A stretch of 64,000 nt of DNA from Planctomycetota bacterium (lineage in GTDB: Bacteria > Planctomycetota > B15-G4): positions 1-64,000 of the forward strand of contig JBBQUR010000002.1 of NCBI GenBank assembly GCA_038212275.1. The letters are read 5' to 3'. Under the pieces are notes generated by a model, which was not told where the DNA came from, did no database searches, and worked only from the letters and a program-made list of their open reading frames with translations. Positions 59,956 through 64,000 of the stretch are shown piece after piece. Each line of letters opens with the position of its first letter. Position 1 is the stretch's first letter. Position numbers and translations under genes: made by a program.

Positions 59956-61386
59956 ATGCGCCGTTCGCTCGCTGCCTCTCTGTCCGCCGTCCTGCTCGCC
60001 GCCGCGTTCCCGATACCGTCCGCGTCCGCGCAGGGCAGCGGGCTCACCGCCGGGGACATGTATCTTCTGAGCGGCGGCCTCGGCGCGCTCGTCCGGGTGG
60101 ACCTCTCGAGCGGCACGGCCAGCATCGCGGTGGACACCAGCTTCACTCCCGCGGCGGCGGGCGCCGTGGTGTTCGACCCCTACCGCCAGCGCATCGTGTT
60201 CCGCGGCAGCATCGGCCCGCCCAGCAACCCCCCGTATCTGTGGGCCGTGGATGGCGCCGGGAACCTCGACCCGCTCATTCTCTCGACGGGTCCCTCCATC
60301 ACGGCGATGTCGCCGACGGGCGACGGCCGCATCTACATGCGCGTCAGCGAGACCCCGCCCTTCCGCTACCTCGACGCCTCCAACGACATGCGGACGCTCA
60401 TGGACGAGACCGGCGCCGCCCCCTTCATGATCGACGGCAGCAGCAACTTCGACTTCCGCGGGATGATCTACGACGCGGGCACCAACGCGCTGTTCATCTC
60501 GTCCCACCTCGAGGGACTGTGCGGCGGGAGCGCGGGCCGGCTCAACGTGCGCAAGCTGCCGCTGTCCGCGGACGGCACACGCGTGGTGGGCCCGGTGATC
60601 TGCTCGCAGTTCGAGGTGAGCGCGAGTGGCGAGAACCCCGTCGGCTGGAGCCACGGCCCCTCGGGGCAGCTCGTGGTCGTCGTGGACACGAACAGCAACG
60701 ACGTGGAGCCGCGCATGGTCCTGGTGGACCCGGTGACGGCGGGCATGTCGGCCCTCGCCAGCAACGGCGCGCCGGGTGTCTTCGCGGCGGCGACCAACGC
60801 CGGCACGTGGAATTCCGCGCTGGGCAAGGCGGTCATCCTGGACACGGGCGCCAACGTGCTGCGCGCCTTCGGGATCGGGGAGACCGGCGCCGGCACCGTG
60901 CTTTCCATCTCGGGCGAGATCCTGTCCCCCAACGGCAGCTCGGGCGAGCAGGCGGCGCTCTGCGAGGTGGAGCCCACCGCGTGCGACGGCGCATGGATGG
61001 CCTACGGCGCAGGCCTCGCCGGCGCTGGCGCGTTCGTGCCGCGCCTCACGGGCGGCGGCTGCCCCGAGGTGGGCGGCTCGCTCACGCTGACCCTCGACCG
61101 CGCCGTGGGCGGCGCGAGCAGCGTGCTGTTCGTGGGCCTGGCCGGCGCCGCGGTCCCCTTCAAGGGCGGCACTTTTTACGTCGGCGCGCTGGTGCTCTCC
61201 GTGCCGCTGCCGATGGGCGGCGCGCCAGGCGCGCCGGGCGCAGGCGCGCTGACGCTGCCCGCGGCACTCCCCGCCAACCCGCTGCTGTCGGGTGTGAACG
61301 TGCACCTGCAGGCGGCCTTCACGGATGGGGCCGCCGTGAAGGGCGCCTCGCTGACCAAGGGATTGCGGATGACCATCGGCGGGTGA
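59956..61386 (+). CDS. Secreted beta-propeller-like protein plus shared C-terminal domain
   Basis: Signal peptide ending ASA-Q; C-terminal WMAYGAGLAG...VPFKGG...HLQAAFTD...LTKGLRMTIGG. Confidence 0.82.
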   Translation: MRRSLAASLSAVLLAAAFPIPSASAQGSGLTAGDMYLLSGGLGALVRVDLSSGTASIAVDTSFTPAAAGAVVFDPYRQRIVFRGSIGPPSNPPYLWAVDGAGNLDPLILSTGPSITAMSPTGDGRIYMRVSETPPFRYLDASNDMRTLMDETGAAPFMIDGSSNFDFRGMIYDAGTNALFISSHLEGLCGGSAGRLNVRKLPLSADGTRVVGPVICSQFEVSASGENPVGWSHGPSGQLVVVVDTNSNDVEPRMVLVDPVTAGMSALASNGAPGVFAAATNAGTWNSALGKAVILDTGANVLRAFGIGETGAGTVLSISGEILSPNGSSGEQAALCEVEPTACDGAWMAYGAGLAGAGAFVPRLTGGGCPEVGGSLTLTLDRAVGGASSVLFVGLAGAAVPFKGGTFYVGALVLSVPLPMGGAPGAPGAGALTLPAALPANPLLSGVNVHLQAAFTDGAAVKGASLTKGLRMTIGG

Positions 61387-61594
61387 GGACAGGTGAAGAC
61401 GGGTGAAGACGGACGCGGGCAGCCGTTGCGCTTTCGCACGGAGGCGCGCAGCGACATCGGGAGTCGTGCAGACAGCGACGCAACCCGCGTCTTGTCCGCG
61501 GAGCGCTCTCGGAGCGCCCACAGGGAATCAGCATGCTGAGTAGAATGCCGAGCGCGCCGCCCGCGCCGACCTCGACCCGCTCGGGAGACTTCAC

Positions 61595-62785
61595 ATGCTT
61601 GAGTTGCTGGCAGCCCTCATGCTCGCGTGCACCGCGGACATCCATGTCGTGGACGACAACGGTCCGGCCGAGTTCTCCAACCTCCAGACCGCGATCGATT
61701 CCGTGGAGGCGGGCGAGACCCTGATCGTGAAGGTCGGCGAGTACGCGGGCTTCACGCTCACCAAGCGTCTGACCATCCTCGGGCAGGACGGGCCGTTCGA
61801 GCCTTTCGTCGGCACGGAGCCGTACATCGGCAGCACGACCACCATCGACGGCGCCGCGACGTTCACCCTCGCCGGCTTCCGCATGTTCGACCTGGCCGTG
61901 GCCAACGTGGCCGGCGCCGCCCTCGTGGACGATGTCACCGTGCTGCGCGGCATCTCGGTCGTGAACAGCCAGCAGGTGTCGCTGAGCCGGGTCGTGATGC
62001 CGGCGGCCCAGCAGGACGTCACCGCGGTGAGCGTGACGGGCTCTCGCGTGACGCTCGTGGACTGCCAGATCACGGGCGGCCCCGGCAGCGCGCCGTTCGC
62101 AGGCCCCGGCAACCCGGGCAAGCCGGCGCTCGAAGCGAAGGCCGGCAGCGTCGTGCTTGTCGCCGGTTCGTCGCTGACGGGTGGCAATGCCGGCCAGGGC
62201 TTCTCCCAGGACGGGCCTGCCGGGCACGCGGTGAGCTGTCTCGGAGCAACGGTCATCCTGCGCGGCTCGAGCACCGACGTGCTCGATGACGGGAACTTCG
62301 ATCCGTCCTTCGGCGGCGCGCCGGGCCACGCGATCCTGTGCTCCGGCGGCTACGTCCAGCACAGCGGCGTGACGCTGGCGGCGGACACCCTTGCCGTGGC
62401 GGGCGGCAGCATCGTGCAGGTGGCGGCGCCGGAGCCCTACCTCGAGATCACCGGCACCGACGGCCCCGGCGGCCAGCGCTCGATCGACCTCTACGGGCCC
62501 GCAGGCTCGCAGGCCTTCCTCATCCTTTCCCTGGGCGCGGGCCCGCTCACGCTGCCCAAACTCGAACTGCCGCTGGCGCTCAACCTGAACGCGCCCCTTG
62601 CCATCCTGCCCTTGCCGTTGCTCGGACAGGACACGCCGCTCAGCATCGCCGTGGCGCTGCCAGCCGCCGCCGGCTTCGAGGGCGTCGTGCTGCACGTGCA
62701 GGCCATCTCTCCCGCGATTCCCAGCACGTTCAAGCCGGGCAAGCAACTCGTCACCAACCACGCGCCGCTCATCGTTCAGCCGTAG
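61595..62785 (+). CDS. Exported pectin-lyase-fold/beta-helix-like protein plus divergent C-terminal domain
   Basis: GGAG RBS, short hydrophobic N-terminus, VVDDNGPAEFSNLQTAID...G.Y, Gly-rich middle, ends LHVQAI...VTNHAPLIVQP. Confidence 0.75.
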   Translation: MLELLAALMLACTADIHVVDDNGPAEFSNLQTAIDSVEAGETLIVKVGEYAGFTLTKRLTILGQDGPFEPFVGTEPYIGSTTTIDGAATFTLAGFRMFDLAVANVAGAALVDDVTVLRGISVVNSQQVSLSRVVMPAAQQDVTAVSVTGSRVTLVDCQITGGPGSAPFAGPGNPGKPALEAKAGSVVLVAGSSLTGGNAGQGFSQDGPAGHAVSCLGATVILRGSSTDVLDDGNFDPSFGGAPGHAILCSGGYVQHSGVTLAADTLAVAGGSIVQVAAPEPYLEITGTDGPGGQRSIDLYGPAGSQAFLILSLGAGPLTLPKLELPLALNLNAPLAILPLPLLGQDTPLSIAVALPAAAGFEGVVLHVQAISPAIPSTFKPGKQLVTNHAPLIVQP

Positions 62786-62836
62786 AGCAGCGGGCGCGTC
62801 GGAGCAGCGGGGCGCGTCAGAGCAGCGGGGCGCGTC
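62785..62836. repeat. 3 x ~18-bp direct repeat between convergent genes
   Basis: GAGCAGCGG(G)GCGCGTC three times. Confidence 0.8.
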
Positions 62837-62862
62837 GCTCGCACAGGGATGCCTCGCGTGCT

Positions 62863-64000
62863 CTACCAACCCTGAAACCTCAGCTCCACGGCGTTGGAGA
62901 AGCCGGCGCCGTGAGGTGGCAGTCGAGCATCCTGACAGACGAACTGCACGACGAGGGCGATCGGCTCGGCGGCCAGGTCGCCCGGAAGCGGGAACGACAC
63001 GAGACCATCCCGGTCGGCATCGTGCAGCGGGAGGCAGCCGATCAGCGTCGCGGGAACCAGCGTCCCGCCGCGCGCTGCGCGCGGTGCACTCGTGAGCCCC
63101 ACGAGCAGCACTCCGGCAGCGCCGGCCGGCAGGCCTGAGAGTGCGACGCTTGCCGTGCCCGACGGCGCCAGCGGATCGCCGCACACCGCGAGCCGCACGC
63201 CGCCGGGGCCCGCATGACCGAGGTCAGGCTGGCAGACCGGCCTGAAGACCACGCGCGCCAGGACGGGGTCGTGATCGCTCGCCTGCACCTGGAACTCCGC
63301 GTTCACATGCACGATGTCGTACGTCGCGAGGCGGGCGAGCGGCCGGCTCACGAGGATGTGATCGAGACTCTGCGCATTGCCGTCGAAAACGAAGCTGTAG
63401 CGCTCGACCTCCGGCAGTGTCTCCGTGAGATTCGCGAGAATCTGCACCGGGAGGCCCTTCAGCACAGCCAACGGCTCGTTGTAGGAGAACTCGTTGAGGT
63501 CGCCGAGCACGATCACGTTGGCCGCCGGATCCGCGGCCAGGAGCTCCGCGACGTGATCGTGCACGACCTGCGCCTGGGCCACGCGCTTGGCGACGGATCC
63601 GTTGATCGGCGGCTGGACCAGCCCGAACAGCGGCGTGCTGCCCGACTTCGACGCGAAGTGGTTCCCGATCACCGTGAGCTTCCGGCCCCGGAACATGAAG
63701 TCTGCGGCGAGCGGGAGGCGCGACCCTTGAAAGGCGTTGCCGTCGCGCAGGTCTCCGTCGGTGATCGGCTGCAGCGACCCCTCGTCGAGGGACACGCGCG
63801 ACGGCTGAAAGAGGAAGCCGACCCGGATGTTCCCGCCCGGCTGGCCGCCGCTGCTGCCGTTCAGTGGCGCCACGTCGCGGTACGCGTAGTCCGGTCCGCC
63901 GGCTGCGACGATCGCGGCGATGAGCGTGGCATACGTGAGACTCGCGTCGGTCTCGGCGGTCTTCTCCGCGCCGTCGTTGTCCTGGACCTCCTCCAGGCAG
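62863..64000 (-). CDS. Endonuclease/exonuclease/phosphatase-family protein (N-terminus outside window) plus shared C-terminal domain
   Basis: GNHFASK, VLGDLN, YSFVFDGNAQSLDH and SDHDP, then QPDLGHAG...RGGTLVP...VQFVCQD...FSNAVELRF. Confidence 0.88.
   Translation of the reverse strand, partial: CLEEVQDNDGAEKTAETDASLTYATLIAAIVAAGGPDYAYRDVAPLNGSSGGQPGGNIRVGFLFQPSRVSLDEGSLQPITDGDLRDGNAFQGSRLPLAADFMFRGRKLTVIGNHFASKSGSTPLFGLVQPPINGSVAKRVAQAQVVHDHVAELLAADPAANVIVLGDLNEFSYNEPLAVLKGLPVQILANLTETLPEVERYSFVFDGNAQSLDHILVSRPLARLATYDIVHVNAEFQVQASDHDPVLARVVFRPVCQPDLGHAGPGGVRLAVCGDPLAPSGTASVALSGLPAGAAGVLLVGLTSAPRAARGGTLVPATLIGCLPLHDADRDGLVSFPLPGDLAAEPIALVVQFVCQDARLPPHGAGFSNAVELRFQGW

Noticed and set aside
24598..62785. 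Shared C-terminal domain as PEP-CTERM, LPXTG or autotransporter barrel
   Set aside because: There is no PEP or LPXTG motif and no TM helix plus basic tail, and it is far shorter than an autotransporter beta-domain.

Overview
High-GC bacterial window. Gene content suggests a Planctomycetota-like lineage: a Ser/Thr kinase-FGE gene beside an ECF sigma factor, carboxypeptidase-regulatory-like repeat proteins and many secreted beta-rich proteins (this taxonomy is inference). The window opens in the left end of an IS3-family element 40 bp upstream of an eptA-like gene. It carries housekeeping genes (GTP-PEPCK, truB, cold-shock protein), two two-component systems, three toxin-antitoxin loci (HicBA, MenAT1-like, MNT-HEPN with a frameshifted HEPN), an XDH/4-HBCR-like molybdoenzyme pair and several gene relics. 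Main unexplained signals: (1) up to nine unrelated genes, mostly exported proteins, end in the same ~120-aa C-terminal domain (W-x-[DN]-L-G...PFKGG...WP-x-G...FQ-x-W...SNGL...TP-stop), a candidate undescribed sorting or anchoring domain; (2) two in-frame TGA codons at redox-motif positions, each followed by a SECIS-like hairpin with a CGTG loop; (3) two ~209-bp palindromic elements in inverted orientation whose termini co-vary; (4) recurrent -10 boxes 6-7 nt before start codons, suggesting leaderless mRNAs. No rRNA, tRNA or CRISPR array was recognised. Family calls come from motifs read by eye; no database search was run.
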